NCBI GenBank assembly: GCA_030066775.1
Contig: JASJAY010000071.1
Coordinates: 1 to 46,055 of the forward strand
From: Planctomycetota bacterium
Lineage (GTDB): Bacteria; Planctomycetota; PLA2; JAEUHO01
Direction: 5' to 3'
Length of the DNA: 46,055 nucleotides
In this document: positions 8,331 through 16,516 of the stretch, in pieces
Numbering within the stretch: position 1 is the stretch's first letter
Layout: each line of letters begins with the position of its first letter
Translations under genes and position numbers: made by a program
Notes under the pieces: generated by a model
Told to the model about the DNA's origin: nothing
The model's input: the letters and a program-made list of their open reading frames with translations, nothing else
The model's database searches: none

Positions 8331-9320
8331 CTAGCCGTCTTGCCAGGCAGCCAAGGCCTTCGTCGCCGCCTCGCGAACGGACTTCGCCTTGTCTCCGGTC
8401 GACGCCGCCTCGACCAGGGCCTTCGCCTCATCGGTGCCGAGGTGCGCCAGTCCCATCACGGCGTGGCGCCGCACGGATGCCGCGCGGTCCTTGGCGAGGA
8501 TCGCCTGCAAGCGCTCGAACGCCTCCGAGCTCGCGATCCGGCCCAGGAGCTCGGCACCGCATCGCCGCACCTTGGTGTTCTTGTCGCGGCTGCGCTCCAG
8601 GACGACCGTCGCAACGCGCTCGGCCTCGGCATCGCAGTCGACGGCGACGCGCAAGATGCGACAGATCAGATCCGCCTTGCGCTTCGGCGCCTCCAGCACG
8701 TCGAGGAGCGGACCCGCGAATGCGGGTGACGGGTTGGCCTCGACCACATCCAGCACAGCGGCCTGCCGCTTCGCGTCGGAGCTCCTGAGGCCGGCCGAAC
8801 CGAGAACCAGGCCCCGCCCGTTGTCGCCGCCATGGCGCAGGACCGCCTCGAACACGTTGTGCGCCTGCTTGTTCGCACAGCGCTCTACGAACTGGGCCAC
8901 GGCCAGCTCGGCGAGATCGACGCCGAGCGCATAGAGGCCGGCCACCGCCGCCGAGGTGGACTCGGGCCCCGTCGCCGCCTCGAGTCGATCGACACGCTCC
9001 GTCACCCGTGCGCGCACGCCTCGCAGCTCGGCCTCGAGCTGTTCGAGGGCCGCCTCGCCCCCGGCGACCACGTGCCCACGCGCGTCCAGCAGCACCATGT
9101 CGCCGAGGCCGTCGGGGTTGTAGGCGTGGAACATCCCCTCTTCCTTGTCGAGCAGGAGCAGCGAGGGAACCGTGACGCGACGATCGAACGCTGCCGCGAC
9201 GCGCCGCGCGGCTTCGACGATGGTCGCAAGCGTCACGTCGACAGGCTCGTGGACCGCAAGGATGTGGAACTGATCGGCAACGTCTGCGTACTTGCGCTCG
9301 ACCTCACTCACGATCGGCAT
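8331..9320 (-). CDS. Cytoplasmic HEAT-repeat (PBS-lyase-like) protein with an N-terminal α/β domain, possibly a thioredoxin-like fold
   Basis: There is no signal peptide. The N-domain contains VTVPSLLLLDKEEGMFHAYNPDG...LLDARGHVV. The C-terminal HEAT-like repeats include VRRCGAELLGRIASSEAFERL, VRRHAVMGLAHLG and VREAATKALAAW. It has the same two-part architecture as the 312..1811 protein. Confidence 0.6.
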   Translation of the reverse strand: MPIVSEVERKYADVADQFHILAVHEPVDVTLATIVEAARRVAAAFDRRVTVPSLLLLDKEEGMFHAYNPDGLGDMVLLDARGHVVAGGEAALEQLEAELRGVRARVTERVDRLEAATGPESTSAAVAGLYALGVDLAELAVAQFVERCANKQAHNVFEAVLRHGGDNGRGLVLGSAGLRSSDAKRQAAVLDVVEANPSPAFAGPLLDVLEAPKRKADLICRILRVAVDCDAEAERVATVVLERSRDKNTKVRRCGAELLGRIASSEAFERLQAILAKDRAASVRRHAVMGLAHLGTDEAKALVEAASTGDKAKSVREAATKALAAWQDG

Positions 9321-9341
9321 ACTGCCGAGTACGCAGGGGCC

Positions 9342-10070
9342 TCACCGGTGTGCCCAGAAGAAGCACAGCGTCCAGCGCCGGGGGAAGTGCTCGCCTTCGA
9401 GCGCCCGCGCGGCGCTGGCCGTCGCTTCGCCGTAGACGATCGGCGGCGCGATCCCGCCCTCCCGGATGCGTCCCTCGCGGTCGGGCAGGTCGATCTCTTC
9501 GAGCGTCCGCTTCGGCTCCCCGGCCCGCAGCGTGACCGCAACGCGCACCGAGGCCTGCCCCAACGCCTGCGCCGTGAGCTCGTAGCCGCCGGGGGGGAGC
9601 CAGAACGTGTACTTCCCCTTGGTGGGCTCGAGCCGCAGCAGGGGCGCCCGCGTAGCCGCCGGTGCGACCCAGGCGGACGCGACGGCCGGGTAGTACTTGC
9701 CGCCCTCCGTCGAGAGCTTGCCTTCCACGACGAGGCAGGGGACGAGCGTGGCCTCGTGCTCCAGCGAGACGTCCGTGGAACGGATCGAGATCAGGGCCCC
9801 GCTCTCGCCCTTCGGATCGAGCGCGAGGAGCGAGAGCGGGTGCGAGCCGATCTCCCGGTACAGCGCGAAGCGACCGCGTGCGTCCGTCGTCACGCCTTGG
9901 ATGGGACGCGCCCCCTCGGCGGACACCGTCCACGCGCTGGCGACGATCACACCCGCGACGGGCTTGCCCTCCGCATCGAGGATGCGCCCCCGAACCGTGC
10001 GGCTGCCCGCGGTCGCCTCCCCGATCGGCCAGAGCACCAGCAAGAGAGCGATGAGAGCGCGCTTCCACAT
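9342..10070 (-). CDS. Secreted carboxypeptidase-regulatory-like domain protein
   Basis: Signal peptide MWKRALIALLLVLWPIGEATA, then the CarbopepD_reg-type motif GRILDAEGKPVAGVIVAS...TTDARGRFAL. Its stop lies 22 nt upstream of the 9320 gene start, so the two are likely an operon. Confidence 0.7.
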   Translation of the reverse strand: MWKRALIALLLVLWPIGEATAGSRTVRGRILDAEGKPVAGVIVASAWTVSAEGARPIQGVTTDARGRFALYREIGSHPLSLLALDPKGESGALISIRSTDVSLEHEATLVPCLVVEGKLSTEGGKYYPAVASAWVAPAATRAPLLRLEPTKGKYTFWLPPGGYELTAQALGQASVRVAVTLRAGEPKRTLEEIDLPDREGRIREGGIAPPIVYGEATASAARALEGEHFPRRWTLCFFWAHR

Positions 10071-10126
10071 GGCCGGCGATCATAGCGAATCCAGGTCACA
10101 CGAAGGCGCTACCGACGCGGAATCGA

Positions 10127-10489
10127 CTACGCCGAGGGGTCCTCCCGGATGAACCACACGTTCCGGATCTGCCCCTCGCGCACCTCGTACAGGGCGACCG
10201 CGTAGACGAGCCCGTCCTCACGCAGGCCCTCCACCTCCTCGTGGTCGATCGCGACGTGCTCGTGCTCGACGCGCGTGAGCAAGCGGCAGTGGAGCCCGGG
10301 ATGGTTCGCGAACAGCGCGCCGTAGCGCTCGCGCATCGCGTCCCGGCCCTCCATGAGCACCTCGCCCGACGGGAAGGCCCGGACGGTGCAGTCCTCGGTG
10401 TAGACGGCCAGGAAGGCCTCCAGATCACGCGCGTTGTACGCGTCGAGCTGGCGCTGGGCGGCCTGGGCCGGCGTGTCGGTTGCGGTCAT
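10127..10489 (-). CDS. SnoaL-like / NTF2-family small protein
   Basis: 120 aa. The pattern QRQLDAYNARDLEAFLAVYTEDCTV...EGRDAMRERY is typical of a SnoaL/NTF2-like fold. Confidence 0.6.
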   Translation of the reverse strand: MTATDTPAQAAQRQLDAYNARDLEAFLAVYTEDCTVRAFPSGEVLMEGRDAMRERYGALFANHPGLHCRLLTRVEHEHVAIDHEEVEGLREDGLVYAVALYEVREGQIRNVWFIREDPSA

Positions 10490-10498
10490 GCCGCAAGT

Positions 10499-13033
10499 CT
10501 AGGGCGCGGGCTCGATGATCCGGAAGGTGAGGGCACCCGAGTTGGGGGCCCAGTCGAAGACCTCGTCGTTCAGGAACACGAGCCGCAGGCGCGATGCGTC
10601 GGGCGCGATGGCGCGGATCTGCGACAGCGGGATCGCCATCTCGACCTCGGTGCCCAGCGGGTTCGACGCCGCGCTCAGGCTCTGGATGAAGCCGTTGTTG
10701 AAGGTGCCCGCCGCCTGGGAATAGAGGCTGTCACCGAAGACGAGCAGCTCGCTCCCCACCTCGGGGATCGCGGCGTAGCCCGTGCCCGGATCGTCGTCTA
10801 CGTCGATCATCATCAGCGTGCGCGAGAAGCCGAAGCCCGGCGAGCCGTCGAGGTTGAACGCGTTCTCCGACGAGAAGCGGATGTAGAGGTTGGTCAGATC
10901 GTTCGTGACCCGGATGTCGAGCCAGTCCGGACCGGACGAGTCGGCCACGTCCGCCGGATCCGAGTGCGCGACGAGCACCGACTGCCAGTCGTCGAACAGG
11001 CCGTCGATGGTGATCGGGACCGGCACGAGCGGGGTCGCCTGCATCACGACCTGGTTCCGCTCCTCGTTGCCGTGCGCATCGAAGGCGCGGATGCACAGGT
11101 TGTAGATCGTGCCCGGGGTCAGCCCGACCAGCACGTCCTCGTTGGCGTAGATCGTCGGCCCGTAGCTCTGACCGTAGTCGACCGAGGGATTCGGCGTGAG
11201 CACGACGCGCGTGGCGTTCGACAGGGTCGGATCGCCGACGAAGTCGAACGGCGTGTCGCTGTAGTAGAGCGCGTAGCCCACGCGGGTGAAGTCGAGCGCC
11301 ACGTCCCAGCGCACCGTGATGCAGCAGGGTCCGGCCTCCGTGCCCTGGATGCCGACGCGCGGCGTCGGCGCCGGCGGCGGGACGGGGAACGGCGTCTGGT
11401 TGTCGTTGAACGTGCTGGACCAGACAGGCGGCGTCACGTCCGTGAGGTCCGTGTGCGCGCGCACGAAGTCGTTGGCCACCGTCAGGCCGCCGTCCGTGAG
11501 GTAGTGGCGGAAGCCCGCGAGGTCCTGGGTCTGGTAGATGTCCTCGATGAGCGAGCTGTAGCCTTCCGTGCTCTGCCCCACCAGCGTGAGCACGTTCATC
11601 GCCCCGACCGGTCCCTCGGCGTAGCCCAGCGACAGCACCTTGAAGCCGTCCTCGCGGTTCGCCTCCGCCATCACCTTGGGCGCGAGGTTGTGCTTGTTGT
11701 CCGGGAAGAAGTACGGATCGAACTCCTCGAACTCGTTGCTGTTGAGGCGGTAGCTCTCCAGCAGGACGTAGTCCACCTCGGCGCGCGTGTTCACCGCGTG
11801 ATGCGGATGGCGCGGATCGAAGAGGAACATGCCGCGATTCTGCAGGATGAGCCGCTCCGGATACGCCTGGCGCAGACGCTGCATGAAGTCGCGGAAGCCC
11901 GCGGCGGTCCACTCGTACTCGGACTGGTTGAAGCTCGATGCGTCCGTGAAGTGGTTCGGCGCGCATGTGTCGACCGTGTCGAGGAAGAGCCCGTCGCAGC
12001 CGTATCCGCGCCCGAAGCTCGTCGTGAGCAGCTCGCGCATGCCCGGGATGCCGTCCGCGCCGTCGAAGGTCATCTGGTCGAGCACCGTGAACCACTGCGG
12101 GTCGCCCGCGTTCACGAAGCAGCCGCCGAAGATCGCGTTGCGGTCCGGCGAGCCGTCGCCGATGTCGTTCGGGTCCTGGTCCACCGAGTTGTCGTCGAGG
12201 TACCAGGAGGCGAAGCCGGTGCCGCCGTTCGAGGGCAGGCCGAGCGGATCCAGGCCTTCGAGCGAGTCGCCGTCCGCATCCGGGCCACGCGGGTCGATGC
12301 GCGGGCCGGTGGCGTCGCCGACGAAGCGCGCATCGGCGAGCATCTGCGCATCCGTCATGCCGATCGTGCGCAGGTCCTCGCCGATCGAGATGTAGGCGAG
12401 CACGAGCACGTCGTCGCCGGGGTCATCGGGATCGACGCCGTCCTGGATGTCCTGCACCGTCGCCACGTCGACCTGTCCCGCGAACGGGTGGATGATCGCG
12501 AGCTGATACGTCTCGGCAAGGCGCGTGGTGGGCTCGTCGATCGCGCCGTAGTGGATGAAGTAGTAGTCCACCCGGTTCGCCGCAGCCTGGAAGTTATCGA
12601 GCACGGGTACCGTCTCGACCCACGCCGAGCCGACCCCGGTGGGACGCACGGGCGTGAAGCGCAGGAGGCCGCCGACAAACCCGCGGAAGCCGACGTCGTC
12701 CACGGAGCGCCAGCGCACGTCGTGCGTGCTGCCACCGGTGTCCGCCGCGAGGTTCAGGAGCTCGAGCGGCGCAACCATGGTGGCCGGCCGCCAGGTGAGG
12801 CCGCCATCGACGGAGCGCTCGACCGTGAGGTTGACCGGCAGGCCATCGTCCGCGCGCACCTCCACCTGCAGCGTGATGTCGCCCGAGGGATCGGCGGGCC
12901 AAGTGACGGACAGCACCTCGGCGTCCAGGGCGGCCACGGGAACCGTGACGCCGCCGCCCCCCCCACCGCCGCCGCACGCGGCGAGGCCGAGGAACGTGAA
13001 CGCGAGAACGAGCGAGAGGGTGGGTGTGCGCAT
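10499..13033 (-). CDS. Lipoprotein, putative glycoside hydrolase (GH114/TM1410-like TIM barrel with YISIGE motif) with a C-terminal Fn3/β-sandwich region
   Basis: The start was chosen at MRTPTLSLVLAFTFLGLAACGGGGGGGG (lipobox LAAC, followed by a Gly8 linker). The central motif VLVLAYISIGEDL resembles the GH114/TM1410 family signature. The GH114 assignment is from memory (about 60% sure). Long Fn3-like β-rich segments follow. The antisense ORF 10241..13210(+) is rejected. Confidence 0.65.
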   Translation of the reverse strand: MRTPTLSLVLAFTFLGLAACGGGGGGGGVTVPVAALDAEVLSVTWPADPSGDITLQVEVRADDGLPVNLTVERSVDGGLTWRPATMVAPLELLNLAADTGGSTHDVRWRSVDDVGFRGFVGGLLRFTPVRPTGVGSAWVETVPVLDNFQAAANRVDYYFIHYGAIDEPTTRLAETYQLAIIHPFAGQVDVATVQDIQDGVDPDDPGDDVLVLAYISIGEDLRTIGMTDAQMLADARFVGDATGPRIDPRGPDADGDSLEGLDPLGLPSNGGTGFASWYLDDNSVDQDPNDIGDGSPDRNAIFGGCFVNAGDPQWFTVLDQMTFDGADGIPGMRELLTTSFGRGYGCDGLFLDTVDTCAPNHFTDASSFNQSEYEWTAAGFRDFMQRLRQAYPERLILQNRGMFLFDPRHPHHAVNTRAEVDYVLLESYRLNSNEFEEFDPYFFPDNKHNLAPKVMAEANREDGFKVLSLGYAEGPVGAMNVLTLVGQSTEGYSSLIEDIYQTQDLAGFRHYLTDGGLTVANDFVRAHTDLTDVTPPVWSSTFNDNQTPFPVPPPAPTPRVGIQGTEAGPCCITVRWDVALDFTRVGYALYYSDTPFDFVGDPTLSNATRVVLTPNPSVDYGQSYGPTIYANEDVLVGLTPGTIYNLCIRAFDAHGNEERNQVVMQATPLVPVPITIDGLFDDWQSVLVAHSDPADVADSSGPDWLDIRVTNDLTNLYIRFSSENAFNLDGSPGFGFSRTLMMIDVDDDPGTGYAAIPEVGSELLVFGDSLYSQAAGTFNNGFIQSLSAASNPLGTEVEMAIPLSQIRAIAPDASRLRLVFLNDEVFDWAPNSGALTFRIIEPAP
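12957..12964. repeat. C8/G8 homopolymer inside the 5' end of the lipoprotein gene; part of the codons for the Gly8 linker
   Basis: Plus strand ccgccgccccccccaccgcc. On the coding (minus) strand this reads TGC GGC GGC GGT GGG GGG GGC GGC GGC. Confidence 0.8.
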
Positions 13034-13170
13034 GGACAGAGCCCCTATCGGGCATCTCGGTCCCCGCGCTTGAAGCCTGGCCGGGTTCGGGGCGGCCTTC
13101 GGCATTGCGCTCCGGCTGCCCGGCGCCTATCCCTGGGGCTTGGGCCGCCGCGCGCGTGCCCGGGAGCCCG

Positions 13171-13629
13171 ATGGAATCGACTGGATCGCCGCCCCGCCGC
13201 ACGCTGCTGATCGGCGCGATCGTCGTCCTGGCGGCAGGCGCCGGGTTCGGCATCTTTAAGGCTGTCTCGAGCGGCGAGGGCGACGACGAGAAGTCGCGCG
13301 GCCTCGGCGACTACAGCGCGACCGACCTCTCGAAGGTGTACTTCGGCAACGCGGGCCTGATCCGGCGCCCGGCCACGGTGACGGTCGAGCGCGTCTACGC
13401 CCACATCCCCGAGTACCAGCAGATCCAGGCCAAGGGGCTCACGGACAAGAACCCCAAGTACTACTTCCTCATCCAGAAGACCTCGGAGCGCTTCTCCCAG
13501 GCCGTCAAGGCCGCGGCGCGCGCCGGCCGCTACGACTTCGTCTCCGAGACCGGGACGATCCGCATCGAAGACGACGACGCCGATCCGCCCACCGACCTCA
13601 CGCAGGCGGTGATCGATCAGCTGAAGTAG
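13171..13629 (+). CDS. Hypothetical membrane-anchored protein
   Basis: The ATG at 13171 (MESTGSPPRRTLLIGAIVVLAAGAGFGIF) gives an N-terminal TM anchor. The remainder is Lys-rich and soluble, with protein-like composition. It is divergent from the lipoprotein gene. Confidence 0.55.
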   Translation: MESTGSPPRRTLLIGAIVVLAAGAGFGIFKAVSSGEGDDEKSRGLGDYSATDLSKVYFGNAGLIRRPATVTVERVYAHIPEYQQIQAKGLTDKNPKYYFLIQKTSERFSQAVKAAARAGRYDFVSETGTIRIEDDDADPPTDLTQAVIDQLK

Positions 13630-13694
13630 ACGGCGGCCGTGCGATCCGGCGCCGACCGGTACGCTCGGGCGTCGGACGGTGAGGATCACCTCCG

Positions 13695-15251
13695 ATGAAG
13701 CACTTCCGCCGTCAGCTCGCCGAAGCCCAACCGCCCGACGCAGAGGGGCGCCGCTGGATCTACGTGCCGTACGACCAGCTCACGCACGAGGTGGGCCCGT
13801 TGAACGAGGCCAAGCCGGGGGCGCTGGGCATCGTGCTGGTCGAGTCGGCCGCCAAGGCGGAACGGCGCCCGTACCACAAGCAGAAGCTCGCGCTGGTGCT
13901 GGCCAACCAGAGGCACTTCGCGCTCGAACAGGCCAAGCGCGGTGTGGCGGTGGAATACCTCGCGGGCGAGGCGCCCTACCGCCAGCACCTCGCATCCGCC
14001 GCGAAGCGCCTCGGCCCGCTCACGATGATGCGACCCGCCGAACGCGAGCTGCGGGTGGAGCTCGCGCCGCTCGTCGACTCGGGGGCGATCGAGGTCGTGC
14101 CCCATGCGGGCTGGATGACGACGACCGAGATGTTCGTGGACGGCGCAGGTCTCGAGGCCCCCTGGCGCATGGACGCGTTCTATCGCCACGTGCGCCAGTC
14201 GCTCGATCTCCTGATGGAGAACGGGAAGCCGCTCGGCGGCAAGTACAGCCACGACGCCGCCAACCGGGAACCGTGGTCCGGCGAGCCGGCGGCCCCGATC
14301 CCGCCGACGTTCCGTCCGGACGACATCACCCGGGAGGTCGCCGAGCTCGTCGAGACGCGCTTCGCAGACCATCCGGGTCGGCTCGACGTGACCACGCTCC
14401 CCACCACGCGGCGCCAGGCGCTGCGCATGTGGCGATGGGCGCTCGCGTCGTGCATGCACGAGTTCGGGCCGTACGAAGACGCCATGTCCACCAAGAGCCG
14501 CGGCATCTTCCACACGCGCATCTCGGGGCTGCTGAACCTCCTGCGGCTGCTCCCCGCGAAGGTGGTCGCCGACGTGGCCGCAGCCGACATCCCCCTCAAC
14601 AGCAAGGAGGGCTTCATCCGCCAGGTGATCGGCTGGCGTGAGTTCGTCCGCCACGTGCACGAAGCCACCGACGGCTTCCGGACGGTCGGCGGCCCCGCCC
14701 CGTCGTTCCTCGACGCCCACGACCCGTTGCCGGCGACGTTCTGGGGCGGCGCGCCATCCGGTCTGGCGTGCCTCGACACCGTGGTCGACGACGTCTGGGA
14801 CGAGGCGTACAGCCACCACATCACCCGCCTGATGATCCTGTCCAACCTCGGCACGCTGCTGGACGTGGAGCCGCGCGAGCTGACCGACTGGTTCTGGGCG
14901 GCGTATCAGGACGCCTACGAGTGGGTCGTGGAGCCCAACGTACTCGCCATGGGCATGTTCGCCGTGGGCCCCGTGATGACGACGAAGCCCTACGTGAGCG
15001 GCACGCCGTACATCAACAAGATGAGCGACTACTGCAAGTCGTGCGACTTCGACCCCAAGAAGACGTGCCCGATCAGCTCGCTCTACTGGGACTTCCTGCG
15101 CCGCAACGCGGATCGCCTCGCCGGCAACCAGCGCCTGCGCATGCCGCTGGCCAGCCAGCGCAAGCAGAAGCCCGAGGTGCAGCAGCGGCACCGGGAGACG
15201 GCCGATCACGTCCGCGCGGCCCTCGCGCGCGGCGAGCGCCTGGCCCCCTGA
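13695..15251 (+). CDS. FeS-BCP family cryptochrome/photolyase, PhrB-like (6-4) photolyase with a 4Fe-4S cluster
   Basis: I recalled the Agrobacterium PhrB sequence and compared motif by motif. EGFIRQVIGWREFVRHV matches EGFIRQIIGWREYMRGI. HHITRLMILSNLG...AYEWVVEPNVLAMGMFA...KPYVSGTPYINKMSDYCKSCDFDPKKTCPISSLYWDFLRRN matches HHIQRLMITGNFA...AYEWVELPNVIGMSQFA...KPYAASGNYINRMSDYCDTCRYDPKE...CPFNALYWDFLARN. All four cluster-ligand Cys are conserved (ACLD, CKSC, TCP). Confidence 0.9.
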   Translation: MKHFRRQLAEAQPPDAEGRRWIYVPYDQLTHEVGPLNEAKPGALGIVLVESAAKAERRPYHKQKLALVLANQRHFALEQAKRGVAVEYLAGEAPYRQHLASAAKRLGPLTMMRPAERELRVELAPLVDSGAIEVVPHAGWMTTTEMFVDGAGLEAPWRMDAFYRHVRQSLDLLMENGKPLGGKYSHDAANREPWSGEPAAPIPPTFRPDDITREVAELVETRFADHPGRLDVTTLPTTRRQALRMWRWALASCMHEFGPYEDAMSTKSRGIFHTRISGLLNLLRLLPAKVVADVAAADIPLNSKEGFIRQVIGWREFVRHVHEATDGFRTVGGPAPSFLDAHDPLPATFWGGAPSGLACLDTVVDDVWDEAYSHHITRLMILSNLGTLLDVEPRELTDWFWAAYQDAYEWVVEPNVLAMGMFAVGPVMTTKPYVSGTPYINKMSDYCKSCDFDPKKTCPISSLYWDFLRRNADRLAGNQRLRMPLASQRKQKPEVQQRHRETADHVRAALARGERLAP

Positions 15252-15294
15252 CGCCTGGGCCGCGCGGCATGCGTCGAGAAGACAGGAGTTGACC

Positions 15295-16047
15295 GTGGCA
15301 TCCGACACCCCCACCCCCGTCCACCTCGTCCTCGGCGCCACCGGCGGCGTGGGCAGCACCCTCGCGCGCCGGCTCAAGGCAGAGGGCGCGACCGTCGTGC
15401 TGGCCGGCCGGGACCCCGACCGCCTCGCGGCCCTGGGCAGCGAGCTCGGCGCCCACACCATCACGCTGGACGCCCGCGACCCCGACGCGATCCAGGCCGC
15501 TGCGAAGGAAGCCGTGGCCGAAGCCGGCCGCCTCGACGGCATCGCCAACTGCGTCGGCTCCCTGGCGCTCCTCCCGGCGCACCGCACGAGCCTCGATGTG
15601 TGGAACGACACGCTGGCGACGAACCTCACGTCCGCCTTCGGCGCCGTGAAGGCCGCCGCGACGACCATGCGCAAGACCGGCGGCTCGGTGGTGCTCGTCA
15701 CCTCGGCCGCCGGCCGCACGGGCATGGCGAACCACGAGGCGATCGCCGCCGCGAAGGCCGGCATCGCGGGCCTCATGCGCTCGGCCGCCTCCACGTACGC
15801 CGCCTACGGCATCCGCGTCAACGCCGTCGCGCCGGGTCTGACGGAGACCCCGATGACGGAGGCGATGTTGCAGGCGGAAGCCACGCGCAAGGCCTCCACG
15901 TCCATGCACGCCCTCCGGCGACTCGGGCGCGCGGAGGACATCGCCGGCGCCATCGCGTTCCTCCTGGACCCCAGCCAGAGCTGGATCACAGGCCAGGAGC
16001 TCGGCGTCGACGGCGGGTTGGCGACGGTGCGTCCCCGCGGCGGGTAG
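15295..16047 (+). CDS. SDR-family short-chain dehydrogenase/reductase
   Basis: It has the glycine-rich NAD(P)-binding motif VLGATGGVGSTLARRL and a catalytic YxxxK-type region (YAAYGIRVNAVAPG). The start is either GTG at 15295 (AGGAG 6 nt upstream) or TTG at 15289 as in the track. Confidence 0.85.
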   Translation: MASDTPTPVHLVLGATGGVGSTLARRLKAEGATVVLAGRDPDRLAALGSELGAHTITLDARDPDAIQAAAKEAVAEAGRLDGIANCVGSLALLPAHRTSLDVWNDTLATNLTSAFGAVKAAATTMRKTGGSVVLVTSAAGRTGMANHEAIAAAKAGIAGLMRSAASTYAAYGIRVNAVAPGLTETPMTEAMLQAEATRKASTSMHALRRLGRAEDIAGAIAFLLDPSQSWITGQELGVDGGLATVRPRGG

Positions 16048-16056
16048 GCTGCCCGC

Positions 16057-16497
16057 ATGGATCCCCTGCACCTGCTGCTGCTCCAGCTCTTCGCCGCCGC
16101 TGCGATGACCGGTTTGATCTGGATGGTGCAGCTCGTCCAGTACCCGGGCTTCGCGCACGTGCCCGAGCGCGGCTTCCGCCAGGTGCACCAGCACCACACC
16201 GCGAAGATCACGTTGGTCGTCTTCCCGCTGATGGTCACGGAGCTGCTGGTGGCGATGTACCTGCTGGCCGAGCCGCCCGCGGGCACGCCGGCGGGCTTCC
16301 CGTGGATCGGCGCCGCGCTCGTCGGGGTCGTCTGGCTCTCGACGGCGTTCGTCCAGGTGCCCCTGCACGGCAAGCTCGCCGAGCGACGAGACCTCGCAGC
16401 GGCCGCCCGGTTGGTGAAGACGAACTGGATCCGCACGGCCGCGTGGTCCCTGCGCTCGGTGCTGGCCGCGGTCTGGATCGCCCACGTCGCGGCCTGA
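16057..16497 (+). CDS. Small integral membrane protein (DUF1772/anthrone-oxygenase-like, tentative)
   Basis: 146 aa with 4 hydrophobic helices. It starts 10 nt after the SDR stop, consistent with co-transcription. Confidence 0.55.
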   Translation: MDPLHLLLLQLFAAAAMTGLIWMVQLVQYPGFAHVPERGFRQVHQHHTAKITLVVFPLMVTELLVAMYLLAEPPAGTPAGFPWIGAALVGVVWLSTAFVQVPLHGKLAERRDLAAAARLVKTNWIRTAAWSLRSVLAAVWIAHVAA

Positions 16498-16516
16498 GCC
16501 AACGGAGCCGCAGGCC

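Noticed and set aside
10241-13210. 989-aa plus-strand ORF
   Set aside because: It is antisense to the GH114-like lipoprotein gene, whose frame carries recognisable motifs. The antisense frame is Arg/Val/Asp-rich low-complexity.
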